Part shown: positions 20,610 through 27,491 of the stretch, piece by piece
How positions within the stretch are numbered: the stretch's first letter is position 1
Layout: each line of letters opens with the position of its first letter
From: Alphaproteobacteria bacterium
GTDB lineage: Bacteria; Pseudomonadota; Alphaproteobacteria; Rickettsiales; SXRF01
Direction of reading: 5' to 3'
NCBI GenBank assembly: GCA_046344715.1
Contig: JBKDKX010000004.1
Location: forward strand, 30,892-94,891
DNA length: 64,000 nt
Translations under genes and position numbers: made by a program
Notes under the pieces: model-generated
Seen by the model: the letters and a program-made list of their open reading frames with translations, nothing else
What the model was told of the DNA's origin: nothing
The model's database searches: none

Positions 20610-21134
20610 ATGAAGAAATTTGCCCAAAAAGAATTTCCATTTCCTGACCCGCGTTCCGTGCAAGATCTGGCTACAGCCATCTGGAATTATGAACTACTGC
20701 CTGCGCGTGATTTTAGCAACGTGAAGGGAGAGCACATCCATAGCCAAGCTAAAACATTTGCATTTATTTCACTGGATGAAGGCTCTCGGCCAGTGCAAGA
20801 ATTTCGCCATGCATTATTTGTTTTGTCCCAAGGCACGCAGGAAACATTGATACGCCGCACTATAGAAAACGCACTTTATACCCTTGAGGAACTTGCAGAT
20901 ATCTATGATAGGCATGCGGCAGAATCCAGGAAATCTGCTGCGATAGAATTTATTGATACGCATGAGGGACCAGCCGCCAGGCATAATGCGGAAATAGCTG
21001 CCGATATCAATGATGCAGAAAATTATACAGTAATAGCGGGCAAACTACGCTCCGATAATGAATTGCATCATTTGGTACATGCATTGGCCAACAAATTGCA
21101 AGTGCAGCTTAAGCCCAGAGAGCGCGAGCGATAA
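20610..21134 (+). CDS. Hypothetical protein (orphan, no family recognised)
   Basis: ORF track gives 20544..21134. The ATG at 20610 (MKKFAQKEFPF...) avoids overlap with the upstream ORF. A strong terminator hairpin follows. Confidence 0.4.
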   Translation: MKKFAQKEFPFPDPRSVQDLATAIWNYELLPARDFSNVKGEHIHSQAKTFAFISLDEGSRPVQEFRHALFVLSQGTQETLIRRTIENALYTLEELADIYDRHAAESRKSAAIEFIDTHEGPAARHNAEIAADINDAENYTVIAGKLRSDNELHHLVHALANKLQVQLKPRERER

Positions 21135-21148
21135 AACCACCAACCATT

Positions 21149-21178
21149 AAAAAAGCCGCCCTTTTGGGCGGCTTTTTT
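21149..21178 (+). terminator. Rho-independent terminator (A-run/hairpin/T-run, potentially bidirectional)
   Basis: AAAAAA GCCGCCC TTTT GGGCGGC TTTTTT. Perfect 7-bp GC stem at 21155-21161 and 21166-21172, flanked by A6 and T6. Confidence 0.75.
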
Positions 21179-21180
21179 AA

Positions 21181-21257
21181 TGGCGGGAGTGACGGGACTC
21201 GAACCCGCGGCCTTCGCCGTGACAGGGCGACGCTCTAACCAACTGAGCTACACCCCC
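21181..21257 (-). tRNA. tRNA-Asp (GTC)
   Basis: Reverse complement is GGGGGTGTAGCTCAGTTGGTTAGAGCGTCGCCCTGTCACGGCGAAGGCCGCGGGTTCGAGTCCCGTCACTCCCGCCA. The acceptor stem pairs, the anticodon loop is CTGTCAC, a T-loop GGTTCGAGTCC is present and CCA is encoded. Confidence 0.9.
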
Positions 21258-21282
21258 GCAAAGAAGTGTTTTTTACAAAAGA

Positions 21283-21359
21283 TGGTGGGCGATCACGGAC
21301 TCGAACCGCGGACCCTCTCGGTGTAAACGAGATGCTCTAACCAACTGAGCTAATCGCCC
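21283..21359 (-). tRNA. tRNA-Val (TAC)
   Basis: Reverse complement is GGGCGATTAGCTCAGTTGGTTAGAGCATCTCGTTTACACCGAGAGGGTCCGCGGTTCGAGTCCGTGATCGCCCACCA. Anticodon loop TTTACAC. CCA encoded. Confidence 0.9.
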
Positions 21360-21435
21360 ATCCTTTAGTAAAACGGAGTAGGCCTTTTACCTGTTTTTTT
21401 TAAGCAATGCAACGCCCTATTTACAAAAAAAATAG

Positions 21436-21461
21436 AAAAAAACGCCCGGAATTCCGGGCGT
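21436..21461 (-). terminator. Rho-independent terminator downstream of hup
   Basis: The minus strand reads ACGCCCGG AATT CCGGGCGT followed by TTTTTTT (plus-strand A-run 21436-21442). Confidence 0.7.
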
Positions 21462-21482
21462 CTCATATTTCGTAGAAATTAT

Positions 21483-21587
21483 GCTAGGCTGAGCCGGATG
21501 CGAGGCAATGCCGCACTTGTTGCGGCATCCGGTTTTTTATACCAGACCCCGCAATAAATGCGGGGGTTGGCAGACGGCCAGCCTAGC
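21483..21587. repeat. Composite nested palindrome containing two GC hairpins
   Basis: Outer 9-bp inverted repeat GCTAGGCTG (21483-21491) and CAGCCTAGC (21579-21587). Inner hairpin CCGGATGC..GCCGCA CTTGT TGCGGC..GCATCCGG followed by T6. Second hairpin CCCCGCA ATAAA TGCGGGG (21547-21565). Confidence 0.55.
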
Positions 21588-21594
21588 GTAATTA

Positions 21595-21891
21595 TTAGGC
21601 AGCTTTACGCTTGGAGCTCTTGTTCACCATTTCGGAGAGAGCTTTGCCAGCTTTGAATTTTGGTTTATTAGCCGCTGGAATTTTGATTACAGCGCCAGTA
21701 CGAGGGTTACGGCCTTCGGTAGCTTTGCGGTGCACGGTGCAGAATGTGCCAAAACCAACAAGGCGAACTTCTTCACCTTTTGCTATGGATTTAGAAACAC
21801 AAGAGATGAATGCATCAATGCACTCAGCTGCTGCTGCTTTGGTGATACTGCATTTGTCTGCCACTTCGGCGATCAGTTCGTTCTTGTTCAT
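21595..21891 (-). CDS. hup: HU family DNA-binding protein
   Basis: ORF track starts at 21981. I prefer the ATG at 21891 (MNKNELIAEVADKCSITKAAAAECIDAF...GFGTF...RNPRTGAVIKIPAANKPKFKAGKAL), the classical HU/IHF fold sequence of about 98 aa. Confidence 0.85.
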   Translation of the reverse strand: MNKNELIAEVADKCSITKAAAAECIDAFISCVSKSIAKGEEVRLVGFGTFCTVHRKATEGRNPRTGAVIKIPAANKPKFKAGKALSEMVNKSSKRKAA

Positions 21892-22092
21892 TGTAAACTC
21901 CCTAGTTGCTTTTGTTACGCTTGCAACACGATATGAACCATTCACACCATGGCTTGATATGCAAGCTACAAGGGAAATCAAGCACGGAAAAATACAAATG
22001 TAAACAGTAAAAATTTTCTTAATAAGAAAATAATTACTTGGAAGCGCGCACTGAGCCTACAATTTTCAACCAGCGAGCAATGTAAACATCTT

Positions 22093-22120
22093 ACGAAAAC
22101 ACTGTAAAAACCAGTGTTTT
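22093..22120 (-). terminator. Possible terminator hairpin overlapping the clpX stop codon
   Basis: AAAACACTG TAAAAAC CAGTGTTTT, a 9-bp stem at 22096-22104 and 22112-22120. The U-run lies within the stem arm, so the call is weak. Confidence 0.4.
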
Positions 22121-23384
22121 AGTGTGCTTTCTTACCGCTCTGTTTTTGATCCGAATGCACAATTACCGGTGGTGCGCCATTATCAACAACATCGGCGTTT
22201 ATGATTACCTCTTCGACATTTGGCATGCTCGGAAGATCATACATCAGATCAAGCAACATGGTTTCAAGTATCGCACGTAAACCACGCGCACCTGTTTTGC
22301 GCTTGATTGCTTTCTTTGCAACTGCCTTCAATGCTTCATCAGAGAATCTGAGGCGAACGCCTTCCATTTCAAAGAGTTTCGCATATTGTTTTACGAGTGC
22401 GTTTTTTGGCTCTGTCAGAATAGAAATCAACGCATCTTCATCAAGATCCGTAAGCGTTGCGATGATTGGCAAACGGCCAACGAATTCAGGAATCAGGCCG
22501 AATTTCAGCAAATCTTCCGGCTCAACTTTAGAGAAGAGCGTCCCAATACGCTGATTTTCCTGACTGCGTACATCGGCACCGAACCCAATTGCAGTACCTT
22601 TGCCACGTGCGGCAATAATTTTCTCAAGGCCTGAAAACGCACCGCCCACAATAAACAGAATATTTCCGGTATCCACCTGCAGAAATTCCTGCTGCGGATG
22701 CTTGCGACCACCCTGCGGCGGAACCGATGCAACGGTGCCTTCCATGAGCTTCAGCAATGCCTGCTGCACGCCCTCGCCTGATACGTCACGGGTGATGGAG
22801 GGGTTATCAGATTTACGGGAGATTTTATCCACCTCGTCGATATACACGATACCGCGCTGCGCACGCTCAACATTATAGTCAGCAGCTTGCAACAAACGCA
22901 GAATGATGTTTTCAACGTCTTCACCCACATAACCCGCTTCAGTCAGCGTGGTAGCATCCGCCATAGTGAATGGTACGTCGAGAATACGTGCGAGTGTCTG
23001 CGCCAGCAATGTCTTACCCGAACCGGTAGGCCCGATAAGCAGAATGTTTGATTTTGCCAACTCAACATCCGTATTTTTTTCCAGCAGCGATACGCGCTTG
23101 TAATGGTTGTGAACTGCAACAGAGAGTACTTTTTTCGCCTGTTCCTGACCAATCACATAATCATCAAGCACCTTGCGAATTTCCGCAGGTTTAGCGATTT
23201 CATCACCTTCTTTAGCAAGCACACCCTTGTCAGCCGCGCGGATAATATCCATGCAAAGTACAACGCATTCATCGCAGATAAACACGGTGGGGCCCGCAAT
23301 GAGTTTGCGGACTTCATGCTCGCTCTTTCCACAGAAAGAGCAATAACGTGTGTTTTTGGATTCCTTGCTACCGGCTTTTGTCAC
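22119..23384 (-). CDS. clpX: ATP-dependent Clp protease ATP-binding subunit ClpX
   Basis: 421 aa. Zinc ribbon [27 protein letters not shown]. Walker [16 protein letters not shown]. ..[10 protein letters not shown]... Confidence 0.95.
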   Translation of the reverse strand: MTKAGSKESKNTRYCSFCGKSEHEVRKLIAGPTVFICDECVVLCMDIIRAADKGVLAKEGDEIAKPAEIRKVLDDYVIGQEQAKKVLSVAVHNHYKRVSLLEKNTDVELAKSNILLIGPTGSGKTLLAQTLARILDVPFTMADATTLTEAGYVGEDVENIILRLLQAADYNVERAQRGIVYIDEVDKISRKSDNPSITRDVSGEGVQQALLKLMEGTVASVPPQGGRKHPQQEFLQVDTGNILFIVGGAFSGLEKIIAARGKGTAIGFGADVRSQENQRIGTLFSKVEPEDLLKFGLIPEFVGRLPIIATLTDLDEDALISILTEPKNALVKQYAKLFEMEGVRLRFSDEALKAVAKKAIKRKTGARGLRAILETMLLDLMYDLPSMPNVEEVIINADVVDNGAPPVIVHSDQKQSGKKAH

Positions 23385-23445
23385 AATACTACCTTTGACT
23401 CTATGCTACTGATTTCATTATAACGAATGACTTATTAAAATACCC

Positions 23446-24090
23446 TTACGATTTAGGCTTCTTATCGGCCAGCTCTTCAGCGGCACGCTTATCAAGTACC
23501 TGATCTATAAGACCAAATTCTTTTGCCATTTCTGCACTCATGAAGTTATCACGCTCCATGTTTTTCTCAATAATAGCCAATTTCTGGCCAGTATGCTTCA
23601 CATAGACCTGATTCAACTTTGCTTTAAGGTTCAGTATTTCACGGGCATGGATTTCAATGTCTGTTGCCTGCCCCTGGAAACCACCGGAAGGCTGGTGAAT
23701 CATCACTCGCGCATTCGGCAGCGCATAACGCATACCAGGTTCACCTGCAGTAAGCAGCAGTGAGCCCATAGAAGCCGCCTGACCGAAACACAGCGTTGCC
23801 ACTTTAGGACGGATATACTGCATGGTATCATAAATAGACATACCCGCAGTCACCACGCCGCCTGGCGAGTTAATGTACATGAAAATCTCTTTGTCAGGAT
23901 TTTCTGATTCAAGGAAAAGCAGCTGCGCGCAGATGAGCGACGCCATCTGATCATGCACGGGACCAACCAAAAAGATAATACGCTCTTTTAACAGGCGTGA
24001 GTAAATGTCAAACGAGCGTTCGCCGCGACTTGTCTGTTCAATTACGATAGGTACAAGTGTGCTAGCGAAAGTATCAACGATATCGGCCAT
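23446..24090 (-). CDS. clpP: ATP-dependent Clp protease proteolytic subunit
   Basis: 214 aa. ..[15 protein letters not shown].. (catalytic Ser) and ..[10 protein letters not shown].. (His). Confidence 0.95.
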   Translation of the reverse strand: MADIVDTFASTLVPIVIEQTSRGERSFDIYSRLLKERIIFLVGPVHDQMASLICAQLLFLESENPDKEIFMYINSPGGVVTAGMSIYDTMQYIRPKVATLCFGQAASMGSLLLTAGEPGMRYALPNARVMIHQPSGGFQGQATDIEIHAREILNLKAKLNQVYVKHTGQKLAIIEKNMERDNFMSAEMAKEFGLIDQVLDKRAAEELADKKPKS

Positions 24091-24161
24091 AAGTTTTCCT
24101 AAGTGTTGTTTTTATTGACGTGTTAGTTTCTATGTAACGGCCAAAAGTTAATTATTCCTTA

Positions 24162-25568
24162 TTACTCCTCAGATGCTTTCTTTTTTGCTGAGGATTTAAC
24201 TTTAGCAGACTTGCCGCCAGCACCGGAAGAGGCTTTTTTTGCAGTTTCTGCTGATTCATCTTCCTCTGTCAGTTCTTTGGTTGATATTTTGGTATCATTA
24301 AAAGACACTTTGCCAAGCACGAAATCTACGGCTTTTTCTTCTAAGATAGGGCCACGCAGATCTTCAAGGCGTTCTGGGTTATTCTTGTAGAACTCCATCA
24401 CCTGACGTTCCTGACCCGGGAACATGCTGGCCTGCTGCATAGCAGCGCGGCCAAGCTCATCACGGCTTACGACGATGTTATTCTGCGTGCCAATTTCAGC
24501 AAGCATGATACCAAGCTTCACGCGGCGGCGTGCGATGTCCTGATATTCTTCTTTCAGCTCATCATCGCTGCGGCCAGCCACGGATTCATCACCCTGCGCG
24601 CGCGCTTCCTGCAGGCGCTCCCAAATAGAATTGAATTCCATCTCCACCATGGTTTCTGGCAAATCAAAATCCACCGTTTCGTCCAGATGGTCAAACAGCT
24701 GCTTTTTAAGGCGTGTGCGAACAATCTGGTCATACTCTTTTGCAAGCTGGCTGCGTATTGCCTCGTGCAATGCTTTCAAATCTGCAAAGCCACGCTCGGT
24801 TGCAAATTTCTCGTCGATGGTGGGTAATTCTTTGCTGAAGATTTCGTTGATCTTTACTTCAAACACCGCTGGCTTTCCTGCCAGAGATTCTGCGTGGTAT
24901 GCTTTCGGGAAGGTTACGTTTACATTGCACACTTCACCTTCCTTTTTACCATAAAGCTGCGCTTCAAACCCTTCAATAAACTGGCCGCTACCAAGCTCAA
25001 GGCGGAAATTCTGCGCGGTACCACCATCAAACGCCACGCCATCAATCATGCCCTTGAAATCAATATTCACCACATGGCCTTCTTTGGCTTTAGTGCCTTC
25101 CTTGGCGCGCTCAAAATTTGGGCTGCGCTCTGCAATGCGCTTAGATGCATCTTCAATATCGCTATCCGCAATGTCATAGGTCTGGCGTTCAAGTGTAATC
25201 TTATCGAATGCTACTTTTGGCACCGGCGGGAAAGATTCCACCGTAAGCGTAAAGCTTAAGTCAGCGCCTTCTTTATAGCCCTTATCGAGGTCAACTTTAG
25301 GTGTAGCAACCGGACGGATTTTCTGTTTAGCCAGTGCTTCAGAGCTGCTGCGGCTTACCACCTGCTTGATTACGTCCGCTTCAACGGCCTTGCCATAGCG
25401 CTGCTGCAATACTTTCATTGGGATATAACCCGGGCGGAAACCTGGGATTTTCACGCGCTCACCGGCTGATTTTAATTCTGCTTCGGTTTGTTCGCGGATA
25501 CGATCTGCGGGCACAACCACTTTAAGAACAACTTTAAGGCCTTTTTTTTCCAACTCAGTAACTTGCAT
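24162..25568 (-). CDS. tig: Trigger factor
   Basis: ORF track starts at 25628. I prefer the ATG at 25568 (MQVTELEKKGLKVVLKVVVPA...), which is the conserved trigger factor N-terminus. The 20-codon extension begins inside a repeat element. PPIase region ..GHVVNIDFKGMIDGVAFDGG... Confidence 0.9.
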   Translation of the reverse strand: MQVTELEKKGLKVVLKVVVPADRIREQTEAELKSAGERVKIPGFRPGYIPMKVLQQRYGKAVEADVIKQVVSRSSSEALAKQKIRPVATPKVDLDKGYKEGADLSFTLTVESFPPVPKVAFDKITLERQTYDIADSDIEDASKRIAERSPNFERAKEGTKAKEGHVVNIDFKGMIDGVAFDGGTAQNFRLELGSGQFIEGFEAQLYGKKEGEVCNVNVTFPKAYHAESLAGKPAVFEVKINEIFSKELPTIDEKFATERGFADLKALHEAIRSQLAKEYDQIVRTRLKKQLFDHLDETVDFDLPETMVEMEFNSIWERLQEARAQGDESVAGRSDDELKEEYQDIARRRVKLGIMLAEIGTQNNIVVSRDELGRAAMQQASMFPGQERQVMEFYKNNPERLEDLRGPILEEKAVDFVLGKVSFNDTKISTKELTEEDESAETAKKASSGAGGKSAKVKSSAKKKASEE

Positions 25569-25623
25569 GACGCGTCCTTCTATAATGTTTTCGTCATCGC
25601 GAGGCGCAAGGCAATCTTGATCT

Positions 25624-25715
25624 GTCATCCTGAACGAAGTGAAGGATCTTAAGATTCTTCGCTTTGCTCAGAATGACACTGAGCACTGGATTGCTTCGCT
25701 CACGCTCGCAATGAC
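25624..25715. repeat. GTCAT...ATGAC palindromic element plus half-copy of a second family
   Basis: 25624-25677 has two 27-nt arms, GTCATCCTGAACGAAGTGAAGGATCTT and AAGATTCTTCGCTTTGCTCAGAATGAC, matching at 22 of 27 positions. 25686-25715 (CTGGATTGCTTCG...CTCGCAATGAC) matches the right half of the element at 35610-35695. Confidence 0.6.
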
Positions 25716-25822
25716 GGTTAATACGGAAATAAGGGCAAACCACAAAGCGTGGCAAAAGGCAAATGGAAAGCGTAAAAACTTGTATTGGCTAAAAATGTAC
25801 TTACGGAACAAAATACCAGAAA

Positions 25823-26707
25823 CTATCTGACAGGACTATTACCGGCTGGCACCGACACAGGGGTACTCTGAGCAGATAACTGCTTAACATCTTGATTTTC
25901 AAAAGTGACGCCTTTTTCTTTCAGCTCATCAAACAGCTTCTTCGCTGCCTCAGGATCATTGATCTGCTGTGTGATTTTATTTTTATCATCGGATTTCAGC
26001 ATGCCATCACTATTTGCATCAAGCTCTGCTGCGATGATATTTCCGTCTTTGTTGGCATCCAGTGCTGCACGCCCTGTGGCAGGTGTTTCAGTTGATTCTT
26101 TTAGCATGTCGTTTAGCTGTTTTACATCGGCAACACCGGCCAGCGCGGCCATACGTTTTTTTCTGCTATTATCGTCAACCATTGCACCCGCTTCTGACCA
26201 CGACAATGATTTATCACCACTGATTTTACTACTTACCCATGTGAGAAGCTGATTAAAGAAACCTCCGATAGCAGATAACAATCCACCCACAAGAGGTAAA
26301 CTGCCAAGGAACGTCATCCCTTGCGTAGCTGCCGTATGCTTAAGCGCACCAAAAATATCGCCTGTCATGATGCCGGCACTGGTACCCGCCACCAATTTAT
26401 CCATCATTGCACTTGTATCAACGGCTACGGGCTTCTGAGATTCTGCAACTTTGCCATCATAGGCAGCCATGGCAGCTTCTTTAATATTACCTGCCAGTTC
26501 TTTTGTAGGCCAAGCCTTTGTATCAAATGTCGTATTAAGTACGTTAACATCAGGAGCTTTGCCATCTTTCACCTGTGCCAATATCTGTTGATCAACCCAG
26601 AGTTTTTTCTGTTCTGTATAGGCTTTAGCAAATGGGCCATTTGCTACATTTTCAATGCTAAGCGCACTATCAATCTTCTTCTCAAATTGCTCTCTGGGAT
26701 TGCTCAT
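25823..26707 (-). CDS. Hypothetical protein with a Gly-rich hydrophobic segment and tandem EF-hand-like Ca-binding loops
   Basis: 294 aa. GMTFLGSLPLVGGLLSAIGGFFNQLLTWV at residues 131-158. DANKDGNIIAAE and DANSDGMLKSDD at residues 217-241 fit the DxNxDGxIxxxE loop consensus. Confidence 0.5.
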   Translation of the reverse strand: MSNPREQFEKKIDSALSIENVANGPFAKAYTEQKKLWVDQQILAQVKDGKAPDVNVLNTTFDTKAWPTKELAGNIKEAAMAAYDGKVAESQKPVAVDTSAMMDKLVAGTSAGIMTGDIFGALKHTAATQGMTFLGSLPLVGGLLSAIGGFFNQLLTWVSSKISGDKSLSWSEAGAMVDDNSRKKRMAALAGVADVKQLNDMLKESTETPATGRAALDANKDGNIIAAELDANSDGMLKSDDKNKITQQINDPEAAKKLFDELKEKGVTFENQDVKQLSAQSTPVSVPAGNSPVR

Positions 26708-26863
26708 TTGTGCATTCTTTATATGTTTTACTCTACCACCACTCTAACATGCCGATATTTAAGCGTATATGAAAGTTTGATGACAATGGGTTTTTACCAG
26801 ATGACAATACTATGACAGCCATACGGCCAGCACATTGCTTTTTAAGGTTTTTTATGCTATCCA

Positions 26864-27070
26864 ATGGTCATGAAACGCTTTGTGTGGATATATATCATCG
26901 CACTGGCTGGCATGGCCATGGGCTGCGCCCCAAACCCCTCTGGTATGGATTGGGAAAACATCGACTATGCCGGAATACACTGCGAAAACGCTTCTCCTGA
27001 TAACAGAATATGCCATCCTAGGGATGATGACCCCGCAATAATCGGCGCCCGCAGCGGCAAAAGTAAATAG
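26864..27070 (+). CDS. Small putative lipoprotein
   Basis: 68 aa. MKRFVWIYIIALAGMAMGC has a signal peptide with lipobox-like AMGC. Short ORF, so weak support. Confidence 0.4.
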   Translation: MVMKRFVWIYIIALAGMAMGCAPNPSGMDWENIDYAGIHCENASPDNRICHPRDDDPAIIGARSGKSK

Positions 27071-27104
27071 CTGTTGATTTTCTAACCAGTCCGTCGTCGC
27101 CCCC

Positions 27105-27198
27105 GCTTCGCTCTTTGAGCTTCGCAGGGCTATGCCGGACAGGCTCCGGTCTAATCTCGCTACGCTGGCTGCGCCAGGCGAAGCTCAAAGAGCGAAGC
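27105..27198. repeat. Palindromic element with perfect 21-bp terminal inverted repeats, abutting the tRNA-Leu 3' end
   Basis: GCTTCGCTCTTTGAGCTTCGC (27105-27125) is the exact reverse complement of GCGAAGCTCAAAGAGCGAAGC (27178-27198). Inner hairpin CCGGA CAGGC TCCGG. The element ends 1 nt from the tRNA CCA end. Confidence 0.7.
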
Positions 27199-27199
27199 C

Positions 27200-27284
27200 T
27201 GGTGCGGGTGGAGGGACTTGAACCCCCACGCCTTGCGGCGCCAGAACCTAAATCTGGTGCGTCTGCCAATTCCGCCACACCCGC
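27200..27284 (-). tRNA. tRNA-Leu (TAG)
   Basis: Reverse complement is GCGGGTGTGGCGGAATTGGCAGACGCACCAGATTTAGGTTCTGGCGCCGCAAGGCGTGGGGGTTCAAGTCCCTCCACCCGCACCA. Anticodon loop TTTAGGT, long variable arm, 85 nt, CCA encoded. Confidence 0.9.
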
Positions 27285-27380
27285 ATCCTAACAATCACCA
27301 GTCTTCAGCCTTAAGTCTCGAGCGAAATATTATAATTATTGCCACATTAAGTGCATGTTTTTCATTATAATAAACAACAT

Positions 27381-27420
27381 ACTGGCGACTAAAAACTTAC
27401 GACTTACTACTAACCACTGG
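27381..27420. repeat. Solo heptanucleotide array (ACTNNNN x about 6)
   Basis: ACT recurs at 27381, 27388, 27395, 27402, 27409 and 27416 (ACTGGCG ACTAAAA ACTTACG ACTTACT ACTAACC ACTGG). Same 7-nt phasing as the family A arms. No inverted partner seen. Confidence 0.45.
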
Positions 27421-27445
27421 AAATGGGTGAATAGTTCCCCTATGT
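27417..27445 (+). promoter_or_regulatory. Candidate RpoH (sigma-32)-type promoter for lon
   Basis: CTGG-N18-CCTATGT lies 47 nt upstream of the lon ATG. The alphaproteobacterial heat-shock consensus is CTTG-N17-18-CYTATNT. One mismatch in the -35 element. Sequence match only. Confidence 0.3.
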
Positions 27446-27491
27446 TAAAATAGCAAGAAAAATACTCCAACACCTCACAAATTATACCCTT

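Noticed and set aside
25569-25628. 20-codon N-terminal extension of tig given by the longest ORF
   Set aside because: The extension starts inside a palindromic repeat. The conserved trigger-factor N-terminus MQVTE.. begins at the internal ATG at 25568.
27018-27278. 86-aa minus-strand ORF spanning tRNA-Leu and the adjacent repeat. A similar 77-aa plus-strand ORF at 62901-63134 spans tRNA-Met.
   Set aside because: Both read through tRNA genes and palindromic repeats and are not credible coding regions.
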